Shown here: positions 60,001 to 64,000 of the stretch, piece after piece
How positions within the stretch are numbered: position 1 is the first letter of the stretch
Layout: each line of letters begins with the position of its first letter
Assembly (NCBI GenBank): GCA_043228905.1
Contig: JBHGNT010000011.1
Span: 8,680,001 to 8,744,000 of the forward strand
Reading direction: 5' to 3'
Length of the DNA stretch: 64,000 bases
DNA from: Azolla caroliniana
Lineage: Eukaryota; Plantae; Polypodiophyta
The notes under the pieces: generated by a model
Databases searched by the model: none
Seen by the model: the letters and a program-made list of their open reading frames with translations, nothing else
Told to the model about the DNA's origin: nothing
Translations under genes and position numbers: made by a program

Positions 60001-62948
60001 GAGTCCTGGTATACAGTATGCTGTCCTCCAGGAGCTGCAAACCTGATAGGGACTGGAGAATCGTCACCTTCTACTGATGTATCCACCTCTCTGTAAGGGA
60101 CCAACTCCAATCCCATTACCAGAGATTTATCATCAATTAGTTTATCTGACTCATCAGCATGCCACATATTTTCTGGAAAACGTTGTGAATCATCAGACAT
60201 AGATATGACTGCTTCTGTTTTATACTTTCCCATAAATGGCACCTGAGGCCCTTGCTTTTGTATATTTTCTTCACTATAATCAACATCAGCTTGAAGATTG
60301 CTGGAGTCTTCAGGGGCCCATACTCGGTATTGTGTAGAACGTTTGTAATTTTCCACTTGTAAACGTAAGCCATGATTTGGAATCATATCAGTTAACCGGA
60401 AATAGTTTTTCCTGTTACTGATACCAAGACGACTGAAAATCTGCAATAAAATAGAATATCTTTTTATTAACTAAAATGTAGGATATGTATAATATGGTCT
60501 TTGATTTGCAATCCACCTCAGTAACTGCCACTCCATCTGATCCTCTTTGCTTGATGCTATCATAAATTTGGCGGTTCATAGAAAGCTCAACTACTTGCTC
60601 TGTAATTTGTCCACGTTTTGTACCTTTCGAACTTGGTTCTAGGCCCATTTCATCAGTATTCATAGTGTGAGTTTTCGAAGTGAAGGGTTTTGCATCAAAA
60701 GGCTTCAGAAGACGTATGCAGGGTAGCACCTACACAAAAAAGAGGGAGAAATTTTAACACAAAGGTACCAACTACAAAAGAAACTTTATTCAATACAATC
60801 TAAAGTTAGTAATACCTTGTTCTCCACTTTTGCATCAAAAACCTCAACCATTCCGGCTGTAACCAACCTACCAAGTATCTGCAGGAAAACATTAGTAGCT
60901 ATCAGTGATTTATGTTCACAAAACATTTCATTATAAAATAATGCAACGTGTATTACCCTTCGCCATGCACGATGCCCAGATGTGAATCGATAGCCCAAGC
61001 TCACCTTAAGGTCTGAAATTACTAATACCTTATTATCTGTCTCTTCCAATTTCTTGCAAATTGATTTTAGTGCAGGCAGGTCATCGTTAATAAGAACATC
61101 TTTTACACAACACACTTGGCTTGCTTCTCCTTCAGTAACAGTTGTACCATCATCATAATCATGAGTTGCTATAAAACTATTCTGAATATCAAATCTTTGC
61201 TGAAATCCAAGTTTCATATCTTTGGCAAATCTTTTCAGATGGATAAGATTTGTAGCAATAGGGCGTTCACCCCTATATATCGATGATTGTCTCACTACCA
61301 AACCTCGTGTTTCCAGACTTTTTATTATGTAAAACAACTTATTGCCACTGATGCCAAATTCTTTACCAATCTGATACTGAGTAACTCCATTGGCTCTGTA
61401 TATGAATGTTTCAGCTCTTAAGAGAGGCAAACATAAGAACAAACTTTCATAGATACAAGTCAAGGAATTGATTTCAGAGTGCACATTCACAAATAAAATT
61501 GCAAATAACCTAACAGCTATTAGACTGAATGCTCTTTTTTTAGTGTCTTTTACAAATTAATCTTTATAAATATATAATAGGCAGCTTTCCCTTGCTACTT
61601 GATTTTCACCGGTAACATGAACATTTTTAGACTACCATCCTATGGGCCACCATTAACAACTTTATATGCTATGAGATTACTCAGGCCTCCTAGAGAGGTG
61701 TTGTGAATGTTATTCTTGGATATGTGTTGTATGTAACCTTCCATACCGAGGTCTTATGATTGTTACTCTTAGATATGTGTAGCATCATTTATATGCCACC
61801 TTTTCTAATTTGAAGAATTTCTGTTCTGATTTTCTCAAATGTAAGACTTCGAAAGATCTCTAGCATAGTCGATCCAAAATGGAGAGATCTTTGAAGCAAG
61901 GGAAGCACCTGTGATGGCAGGAGATAATGGCCTTTATCTGTCAATGACAAGAATGGTGAGATTGTGGTCCAGAACGCGGGGGCCAACATGCATGACAAAT
62001 AAGAGACATCCTTGTATCACCTTCACGGTGTTGGTCACCTTGTCTCATACTCCTCTTGGGGCCCAAATCTTCTCTGATACCAACTCCGCATACATAAATA
62101 TCCCACTGAATACTTTTAGGTACCAATTGTTTGCATTAGTTTGAAATATGTAAGTCTATCATGTGAGTGCAACATAAGATATCTGGTATATACCTTTCCA
62201 TATATTTATTATATATGGAAGGGTATCATATAAAAAAGTTATTAAAAATTGAAAAAGGGCACATTCAATTTATGAAAATTTACATACAAAGGGGCTTTTA
62301 AACTAGGCCGTGAATGTACATGATGCAGAGGATATACATGTAGTGAATCCCTCAAATCTAAGTTACACGAAGGGATAGTTATTTCCTTGCTTTGTTTTAA
62401 CCCTTATATAATAAAGTTCTAAGAATGTTGAATACCTCCATGTTTCATAGCTCGAATTAGAGTTTACCTGGCTTTCCCAAGCCGTTCAAGGATCAGGCGT
62501 TGTATAGTTGAAAGTTTGGCATCACAGTGCCGAAGATCACATGCACCAAGAAAGCTCTCACGCACATCCTCAGATGCAATAATCGTAATATTCATTTTCT
62601 CGGCATCCTGAAAATCTTGAATGGATGGATCCGTGCATACAAAAGCACCACAATTAGGTTTCTCAAATCTCAAGCAAGCAGTTGAGAGAAGAAGCTTCCA
62701 TAGAACCTGCTTCAATAAATGATCGAGTGGTGGAGATGGCGAAGAAAGAGTAGGGCTTTGTAGAAGATTCCATAAATTTCCCAAAGGACACCCTGCCCAA
62801 ATGGTATGCATATTTCCTCTCTCAACTTCTATGTCCATTGATGGACAAATAAAAACAGAGTAGAAAATCGAATAAAAGAGAGATCTCGCTTACCTTCTGG
62901 GCCTTCCGCAGCAATTTCTTGCAAAGCCACAGAAATTAGGGCATCCAT
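14887..62948 (-). CDS. GTF3C1: TFIIIC B-block-binding subunit (general transcription factor IIIC polypeptide 1 / Tfc3-like), 17 exons, CDS 5349 nt, about 1782 aa
   Basis: Exons read by hand, all GT-AG and phase-consistent: 62894-62948, 62468-62792, 60957-61395, 60816-60878, 60517-60729, 59907-60440, 58799-59539, 58390-58680, 58106-58258, 44456-44826, 43488-44367, 42559-43339, 42130-42197, 22656-22731, 22443-22576, 22267-22305, 14887-15072. Motifs typical of plant TFIIIC-1: N-term MDALISVALQEIAAEGPEG; B-block winged helix LERLGKARANGVTQYQIGKEFGISGNKLFYIIKSLETRGL; DRKTVVRNLQKL; NGFISAKLVRCRMLHQFLW; PIYPWLEADG..RRIMGIVMLNPGILE; C-term HYFANP. Confidence 0.93.
16100..21073 (-). mobile_element. 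Ty1/copia LTR retrotransposon (family B, copy 1), internally deleted, in GTF3C1 intron 16
   Basis: 474-bp LTRs 16100-16573 and 20600-21073 (about 5 differences by eye), TSD AGATG, iMet-type PBS (TGGTATTAGAGC on -) next to 20600, PPT next to 16573. Gag 19634-20437, integrase 18921-19466, RT/RH 17010-18476. Zinc knuckle and protease missing. Confidence 0.95.
21074..22230 (+). mobile_element. Old degenerate copia pol fragment (host of family-B copy 1; probably continues left to about 15650-16099)
   Basis: Protease-like EWLVNSSAT, GAG-pre-integrase HALFGH, integrase IIDDF*HKVWVY..KKSQAF..KIRFNNCGEF. Confidence 0.65.
22267..22305 (-). CDS. GTF3C1: GTF3C1-like exon 16 (39-nt micro-exon)
   Basis: CAG acceptor, DSIIEQVDVLNPT, donor GTTAGT. 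Confidence 0.82.
22443..22576 (-). CDS. GTF3C1: GTF3C1-like exon 15
   Basis: CAG acceptor, EDDPTEMVPIYPWLEADG...NPGILE, donor GTATGT. Confidence 0.88.
22656..22731 (-). CDS. GTF3C1: GTF3C1-like exon 14
   Basis: TAG acceptor, VMAFDHVRVVSALNCDKYFLHMPKS (cf. plant VNAYDSVRVVD..SKYFL motif), donor GTTTTT. Confidence 0.8.
23810..29717 (+). mobile_element. Intact Ty1/copia LTR retrotransposon (Tork/Tnt1-like, family E)
   Basis: 927-bp LTRs 23810-24736 and 28791-29717, no difference seen; TSD TGCAA; PBS TGGTATCAGAGC at 24739; PPT GATGGAGGGGGAGAA; single uninterrupted ORF. Confidence 0.97.
24782..28774 (+). CDS. Copia gag-pol polyprotein (Gag, CCHC, PR, IN, RT, RNase H), 1330 aa
   Basis: MDESLGGMIKLTGSNYSIW; CRYCGGPNHYERDC; WIIDSGAS; WHKRLGH; ADNGGEY; LYVDDM; KHIDVRYHW. 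Confidence 0.96.
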   Translation: MDESLGGMIKLTGSNYSIWRSKMRDMLVCKDMYLPVLHGQSKPEDINASTWDAMHLKTTSYIRCFIDMSLYNNFVDETKAHELWGKIETMFQTKNALNRVSVFRKLVRLRYQDGSSMAEHLNTFQGLVSQTISLEIPLAHEVLTLLLLGSLPDSWETLVVTLGTATQYKELTLDSLKSNLLHEEARRKERESNNEEALLIEKNPDRGRRHTRGPQGHRNNDEGRSKSRGRKDFKKDFTCRYCGGPNHYERDCWKKKKDQKKGTTDNKSNDPTTATCDGDIVIACDDACVSLACQQTDWIIDSGASYHITPYREMFSTYVGGDFGKVKMANHGITEVVGMGNIILTTDTGCKLVLNDVRHVPDIRLNIISAGKLDDEGYTNSFGEGKWKLIKGSLVLARCLKQNSLYVMRAMVSNGEVNVADKEVPIELWHKRLGHMSQKGLEVLARKNILPEIRGMHLETCVDCLAGKQHRVAFQHLPPKRKSQPLELVHTDLCYMKDRTLGGALYFATFIDDFSRKLWCFALKTKDQVFEIFRNFHVSVERETGRKLKCICADNGGEYQGRFEEYCHEHGIRLERSVPKTPQHNGVAERMNRTICERIRCMLSHSKLPKSFWGEAMRTAVDLINLSPSIPLDGDVPERVWTGKEVSYKHLRVFGCKAYVHIPKDERSKLDDKCKPCIFLGYGHEEFGYRLYDPIEKKVIRSRDVVFLEDQTLQDPEPNEMPNLTPDFSVTEHPMPAPDTQGHGGDTEEYDDMADDAANDDDGQYHDHHTLGDNSAAPPEEEEVRRSMRQRRPSTRYSPHEYVMLSDGGEPESFREAMANDHKEEWLDAMNDEMKSLLDNHTYDLVKLPKGKRALKNKWVYRLKTEEHCSQPRYKARLVVKGFSQKKGIDFEEIFSPVVKMSSIRVVLGIAASLDLEVEQLDVKTAFLHGDLEEEIYMDQPEGFKVKGKENLVCKLNKSLYGLKQAPRLWYKKFDSFMLNHGYNRTNTDHCVFAKKFPDGDFVILLLYVDDMLIVGQDTNKIENLKKELSKSFAMKDLGPAKQILGMKITRDRANKRLWLSQEKYIEKVLERFNMAKSKPVNTPLAGHFKLSSAQCPTSDEEQEEMTQIPYASAVGSLMYAMVCTRPDIAHAVGVVSRFLSNPGKDHWEAVKWILRYLRGTSRVCLKFGENQTILDGYTDADMAGDVDSRKSTSGYLMIFAGGAVSWQSRLQKCVALSTTEAEYIAVTEASKELLWLKKFLQELGLTQEKYILYCDSQSAIHLSKNSSFHSKSKHIDVRYHWIRDVLEEKQMHIAKIHTNENGSDMMTKCLSREKLEVCKQKANLVVPPT
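30142..30389 (-). mobile_element. RTE-X-like LINE 3' end (~250 bp) inserted in family-D gag
   Basis: (GAAA)n + GATATATTAACGTCTTTTAAGAGGCCAAAATGGCCTATAAGACC; GTAGA duplicated on both sides; gag frame TGV|EKEHPVK resumes. Confidence 0.88.
32336..37814 (-). mobile_element. Intact GC-rich Ty1/copia LTR retrotransposon (family F) inserted in family-D integrase
   Basis: 298-bp LTRs 32336-32633 and 37517-37814 (one G/A difference seen), TSD GAAAT, PBS TGGTATCAGAGCGA (-) 37501-37514, PPT next to 32633; intact ORF. Confidence 0.97.
32827..36843 (-). CDS. Copia gag-pol polyprotein, 1338 aa
   Basis: KFDGSNFNFWK; CNYCKKPGHIKADC; WLLDSGAS; WHRRLGH; TDNGGEF; IYVDDM; KHIDVRYHF. Confidence 0.96.
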   Translation of the reverse strand: MMASTSGSSEMSLRKFDGSNFNFWKEQMQDYLIVKGQIDPIENEEPPEGYKPTEWQKLDRIVRATIRMHLSESVYFTVQSCTTAFELWKTLSDTYEKKVAATKMFLIRRLYNLRMKESDSVQAHLNEYESISSQISSQGTAIEDELRAMILMSSLPSSWETFVTTVCNASITAVKYSEVTSAILTEAARRKSFAKDSTDDAYVVQGSTDRSNIRGRDSSRPPNNQRRRSQSRDNRICNYCKKPGHIKADCRALKNKNNKKSGRHEEINYVSFSADVLPDDPNILSIENPVGSEVLLTTEESSTWLLDSGASFHVTPHRSQFRQYTIRHSDSVRVGNSQHCDIIGIGTVELNLAGGSTLVLHNVRHVPELSRPLISVGQLDEDGIRAGFSSGGWTLHRGNLLLARGPKIHSLYPLHVTLREGNLFLVDIPVSSLWHRRLGHLSKAGITHLSRAGYIPKLSFSDHQFCEHCQYGKQAAASHPTSAPRETRPLDLVHSDVCGPMPHQSLGGASYFVTFIDDSTRKVWAYPIRTKDRVFSIFTDWLAMVENQTDRKLKCFRTDNGGEFKSEEFVKFCRQRGIRREFTAPHSPEQNGIAERMNRTIQERIVSMLQHSGLSDGFWAEALLTAVHIINMSPSRPLGLQIPQELWIGSKPNYDKLRIFGCEAYALIPKDDRRKLAPRSRKCIFLGYGSDGEMGYRLWDPERRQIVRSSDVVFNESAMTPSVEKPIEVRRVTFSDVPTLHEGPAHNTRSASRVAEPYTTDSDNSDSAQPNDSVSDHPTSIPDATSPIMPRRSERLSQPPERYSPGIFFTDAGEPTSYEEASTSVDSATWHLAMESEMHSIRANKTWDLVELPRNRRALPCKWVYRLKETSDSTTPKYKARLVAKGFRQEYGVDFDEIFSPVVKMTTLRFLLGVVAADNLELIQLDVKTTFLHGDLDEEIYMEQPKGFVATGQEHLVCRLRKSLYGLKQAPRQWYKKFDDFIQSIGFSKSDEDHCLFTNTAQDGSPIFLIIYVDDMLISGRHAGELADLVRQLRLKFAMKDLGPARHILGMKISRHRDKRHLFLSQTDYIGRVLERFNMQSAKSASTPLPMNLRLSQRDCPTSGSEGEDMKSVPYAPAVGSLMYLMVATRPDISHAVGVVSRFMHNPGRSHWNAVKHVFRYLAGTKDHGILFGPNRTSGVVGYTDSDFAGCIDSRKSTTGYCFKFGNGAISWKSKLQECTATSTTEAEYVAASDAAKEALWLGRLAHTFRQVDHDSAPVVYSDSQGAVALSKNPVHHNASKHIDVRYHFVRDCVISGKIGLEKISTTDNVADGMTKCLSADRFRSLRHQMGVTTNQSG
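40767..41590 (-). mobile_element. RTE-X-like LINE, 5'-truncated (~820 bp)
   Basis: ORF 40973-41599 LRTSSHQLQIEVGRY..ERICQLC..VESEEHYVCHC..RRQKLQYT; conserved 3' hairpin and (TTTC)n tail. Confidence 0.88.
42130..42197 (-). CDS. GTF3C1: GTF3C1-like exon 13
   Basis: CAG acceptor, KVTIEVAESLARKLHALGLARE, donor GTAGAA; phase fits both neighbours. Confidence 0.8.
42559..43339 (-). CDS. GTF3C1: GTF3C1-like exon 12
   Basis: TAG acceptor, AVGNQCHAFVLSPKFYQNSASSPF...EVNAVG, donor GTAAAA. Confidence 0.87.
43488..44367 (-). CDS. GTF3C1: GTF3C1-like exon 11
   Basis: TAG acceptor, VLVACYTRQRAILGA...GLPAPPKTCSRR...AFNFLKDQSMV, donor GTATGC. Confidence 0.88.
44456..44826 (-). CDS. GTF3C1: GTF3C1-like exon 10
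   Basis: CAG acceptor, VLGVSYEKNQR...YMWTDAADR, donor GTGAG. Confidence 0.87.
45205..45950 (-). mobile_element. Older diverged RTE-X-like LINE 3' fragment
   Basis: YEIRGRYNCLFKQRFG; degenerate terminus ATTAACATCTCTTAAGAGGACAAAATAGCTTATAA. Confidence 0.65.
46080..46530 (-). mobile_element. Old copia gag/protease fragment
   Basis: Minus strand reads CFQCGCKGHKKPDC (CCHC knuckle) and WIIESSASFHCT (protease). Confidence 0.65.
48608..51387 (-). mobile_element. RTE-X-like LINE, RT through 3' end
   Basis: PSNYRTIMIG, QAGFRKG..DHIFTL, FVDFRKAFD, LLYADDIVL, YTYLGV, LLYGVETWG, C-terminal CCHC, 3' hairpin and tail; frameshifted. Confidence 0.9.
51388..53050 (+). mobile_element. RTE-X-like LINE, APE endonuclease and start of RT, head-to-head with the previous copy
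   Basis: LRMTIWNCNG, YTETH, GSGGVAVL, YFPP, ILLGDFNAR, STVDY, DHAYL (APE motifs), followed by sequence duplicating 50788-51355 in inverted orientation. Confidence 0.88.
53053..55585 (+). mobile_element. Ty1/copia family C copy 2 (partial LTR, PBS, gag-PR-IN), degenerate and truncated
   Basis: PBS TGGTATCAGAGCGA 53347-53360, gag MEGGVSGFPGMIVLNSQNYADWK from 53370, WVIDSGAS, WHKRLGH, integrase; many stops. Confidence 0.88.
55961..56758 (-). CDS. LINE ORF1p-like protein (coiled coil + RRM + CTD); N-terminal part in ORF 56779-57033 across a frameshift
   Basis: Heptad-rich N-half, then KRKARALHVRVVGWAE..WRVGR..ALIIRF..LKGEKIYLDDDLT..ARKEGKWA, the L1-ORF1/Transposase_22-type pattern. Confidence 0.72.
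   Translation of the reverse strand: MKKEIEKQKTELYASLKIELLEEMLKDIINLVKNSHLELKDDMTQYLKDEISSSKVELGAIKVDLEKGQEAVERCISTVKANVTKEMQTWADMAKHAKAQAEHAQNEIKANAPWIEVVKKQKGTSMDRTTMMNPTLEEEAKRKARALHVRVVGWAEKGSPQEDAKNLGTKIGASDIPFASVWRVGRDECRAKALIIRFMDIDKKKAFLSKRKALKGEKIYLDDDLTPAQVAHCKENMRRVLDARKEGKWAVSRDDKVIITEKRTA
57120..57285 (-). repeat. Degenerate ~24-bp tandem monomers in the LINE 5'UTR
   Basis: Repeated CCTCTGCRTTTTCTGCAATG-like units on the minus strand. Confidence 0.7.
57321..57440 (-). mobile_element. Short RTE-X-like LINE 3' end (~110 bp) directly upstream of the ORF1-only element
   Basis: GAAAGAAAGAAAAAAAGATATATTAACGTCTCTTAAGAGGCCAAAATAGCCTATAAGACC. Confidence 0.85.
58106..58258 (-). CDS. GTF3C1: GTF3C1-like exon 9
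   Basis: AAG acceptor, LFGARSWSSLRVMS...IARELNLSLDQ, donor GTGATG. Confidence 0.85.
58390..58680 (-). CDS. GTF3C1: GTF3C1-like exon 8
   Basis: AAG acceptor, LLRIV...YALELNPYIDEP...FPGSTVPE, donor GTATAA. Confidence 0.87.
58799..59539 (-). CDS. GTF3C1: GTF3C1-like exon 7
   Basis: CAG acceptor, KEKFILRSELHKWLEELE...DILRRLK, donor GTAGCT. Confidence 0.9.
59907..60440 (-). CDS. GTF3C1: GTF3C1-like exon 6
   Basis: CAG acceptor, IFSRLGISNRKNY...REIWIMERLE, donor GTGTGT. Confidence 0.87.
60517..60729 (-). CDS. GTF3C1: GTF3C1-like exon 5
   Basis: TAG acceptor, VLPCIRLLKPF...GSDGVAVTE, donor GTGGAT. Confidence 0.85.
60816..60878 (-). CDS. GTF3C1: GTF3C1-like exon 4
   Basis: CAG acceptor, ILGRLVTAGMVEVFDAKVENK, donor GTATTA. 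Confidence 0.88.
60957..61395 (-). CDS. GTF3C1: GTF3C1-like exon 3 (B-block_TFIIIC domain)
   Basis: CAG acceptor, ANGVTQYQIGKEFG...GHRAWRR, donor GTAATA. Confidence 0.9.
61800..62050 (-). mobile_element. Old RTE-X-like LINE C-terminal fragment in GTF3C1 intron 2
   Basis: CTTCGAAAGATCTCTAGCATAGTCGATCC...GATGGCAGGAGATAATGGC matches the family ORF2 end (MLEIFR). Confidence 0.6.
62468..62792 (-). CDS. GTF3C1: GTF3C1-like exon 2
   Basis: CAG acceptor, CPLGNLWNLL...LERLGKAR, donor GTAAAC. Confidence 0.88.
62894..62948 (-). CDS. GTF3C1: GTF3C1-like exon 1 (start codon)
   Basis: ATG at 62948, MDALISVALQEIAAEGPE-G, donor GTAAG. Confidence 0.85.
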
Positions 62949-63285
62949 GACGAGCTCAAGAGGAAAATTGAGCTTCCATGCCAATGTACCGAGAGAGGGC
63001 ACCACTAACTGACACACTAATGCTAAATATGAGAAGAGAATAAAAGAATTAGTAGAAGTATGTATAAAAAAGTACTTGAGCATCTCTACTAACTAGTAGT
63101 AGTTAGTGGTGGTGGTGGTGGTGGTGGTAGTCCTGCTGCATATACATACATATGTTAATTAATTAATAATACACATACACCCCACCCCCCAACTACTCTA
63201 GTCTTATTCTACGCATGTATGTACTATGTATGTTTAGGCATATGTACATACATCACCGTGGTGTCTAAATACCACCAAAAATTGA

Positions 63286-64000
63286 AGAGGGCAAGTGAGG
63301 GAATCACGGAGAGGGACAGTGCAGGTCGCTCAGCCGAGGGCACATGCAATTTGCCCCGTCCGATGTGGGGGAAAAAAACACGTGAAGAAATCGTCACTTA
63401 TTGGGGAGCCCGACTAGGAGCCCCGCTGTCTGACAACCTTTGTAACTAGGAGCCCCGTTATCTGACAACCTTTGTAACTAGGAGTCCGACTCTGTCAAAA
63501 GGAGCCCCGCTCATTATTAATGAGCACTGATTATAAAACCCTTGAATCACTCATTTTGAACCTATTTTGAAAAGAGAGTTTTAGGGTATTTGGAGGGAAG
63601 AATCAAAGAGGAGCACCACTTTCCACCAAAATCAGAGAGGCACAACACTTTCCACCTGAATCCAAGAGGAGCACCACTTTCCGCTAGTGAGCACTTCCCA
63701 ACCACCTACATTCGATCTGCAAAATGAAGGCAATAATAGGTATGTATTTTCATGGTTACTTTTATGTTTTACATCGTTTAGGGTTTCTTTTCATTTACAT
63801 TTGATCACATGGTTCCATATTCTAACATGGTGAGAGACTTAATTGTTCCATTTTTCAAATGTATCATATAAATACATTGTTATAATTTCAGCATCAATAT
63901 GAAGAAATGTTGAGGAGGAGCCTAATACTCTATTGTGACCCGTTGAATAATCCACCGACAGTCAACTTGAAGACATTGGGTGATTTGGATCCGATTCAAC
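63286..64000. mobile_element. Probable DNA-transposon end (Mutator/hAT-like subterminal repeats), runs off the window
   Basis: Repeats GGAGCCCCG(C/T)T(G/A)TCTGACAACCTTTGTAACTA x2 plus further GGAGCCC units (63404-63512), GAGCACCACTTTCC-like units (63610-63700), GGGCACATGCAATTTGCCC hairpin; no partner TIR visible. Confidence 0.4.

Noticed and set aside
63404-63512. CRISPR-like spaced repeats
   Set aside because: Eukaryotic context, adjacent tandem units without unique spacers, and no cas genes.
1-64000. tRNA, rRNA or snRNA genes; Gypsy elements
   Set aside because: Only PBS-length tRNA complements were seen, and every LTR element complete enough to assess has copia domain order (IN before RT).

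Overview
Eukaryotic, AT-rich land-plant genomic DNA; a fern or other non-flowering vascular plant is my inference, not something the sequence proves. It holds one host gene on the minus strand: a 17-exon TFIIIC B-block-binding subunit (GTF3C1/Tfc3-like), CDS 62948->14887, about 1782 aa, with GT-AG introns whose phases I checked by hand. About 40 kb of its 48 kb span lies in three introns packed with nested transposons: two very young intact Ty1/copia elements inside an older Ale-like copia, several degenerate copia copies, and many fragments of an RTE-X-like LINE family. The first 13 kb holds an L1 fragment, a Bianca-type copia with a half-tRNA-Ile PBS, a Tork-like copia interrupted by a Tc1/mariner-like MITE, and further LINE ends. 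The most unusual signal is in the RTE-X-like LINE. Its 3' terminal hairpin is conserved with a compensatory change. The first 15 nt of ORF2, starting at the AUG, are complementary to one arm of that hairpin, which suggests a long-range RNA switch. An ORF1-only derivative with an in-frame collapsed ORF2 keeps both elements. No alignments or database searches were run; identities are by eye.
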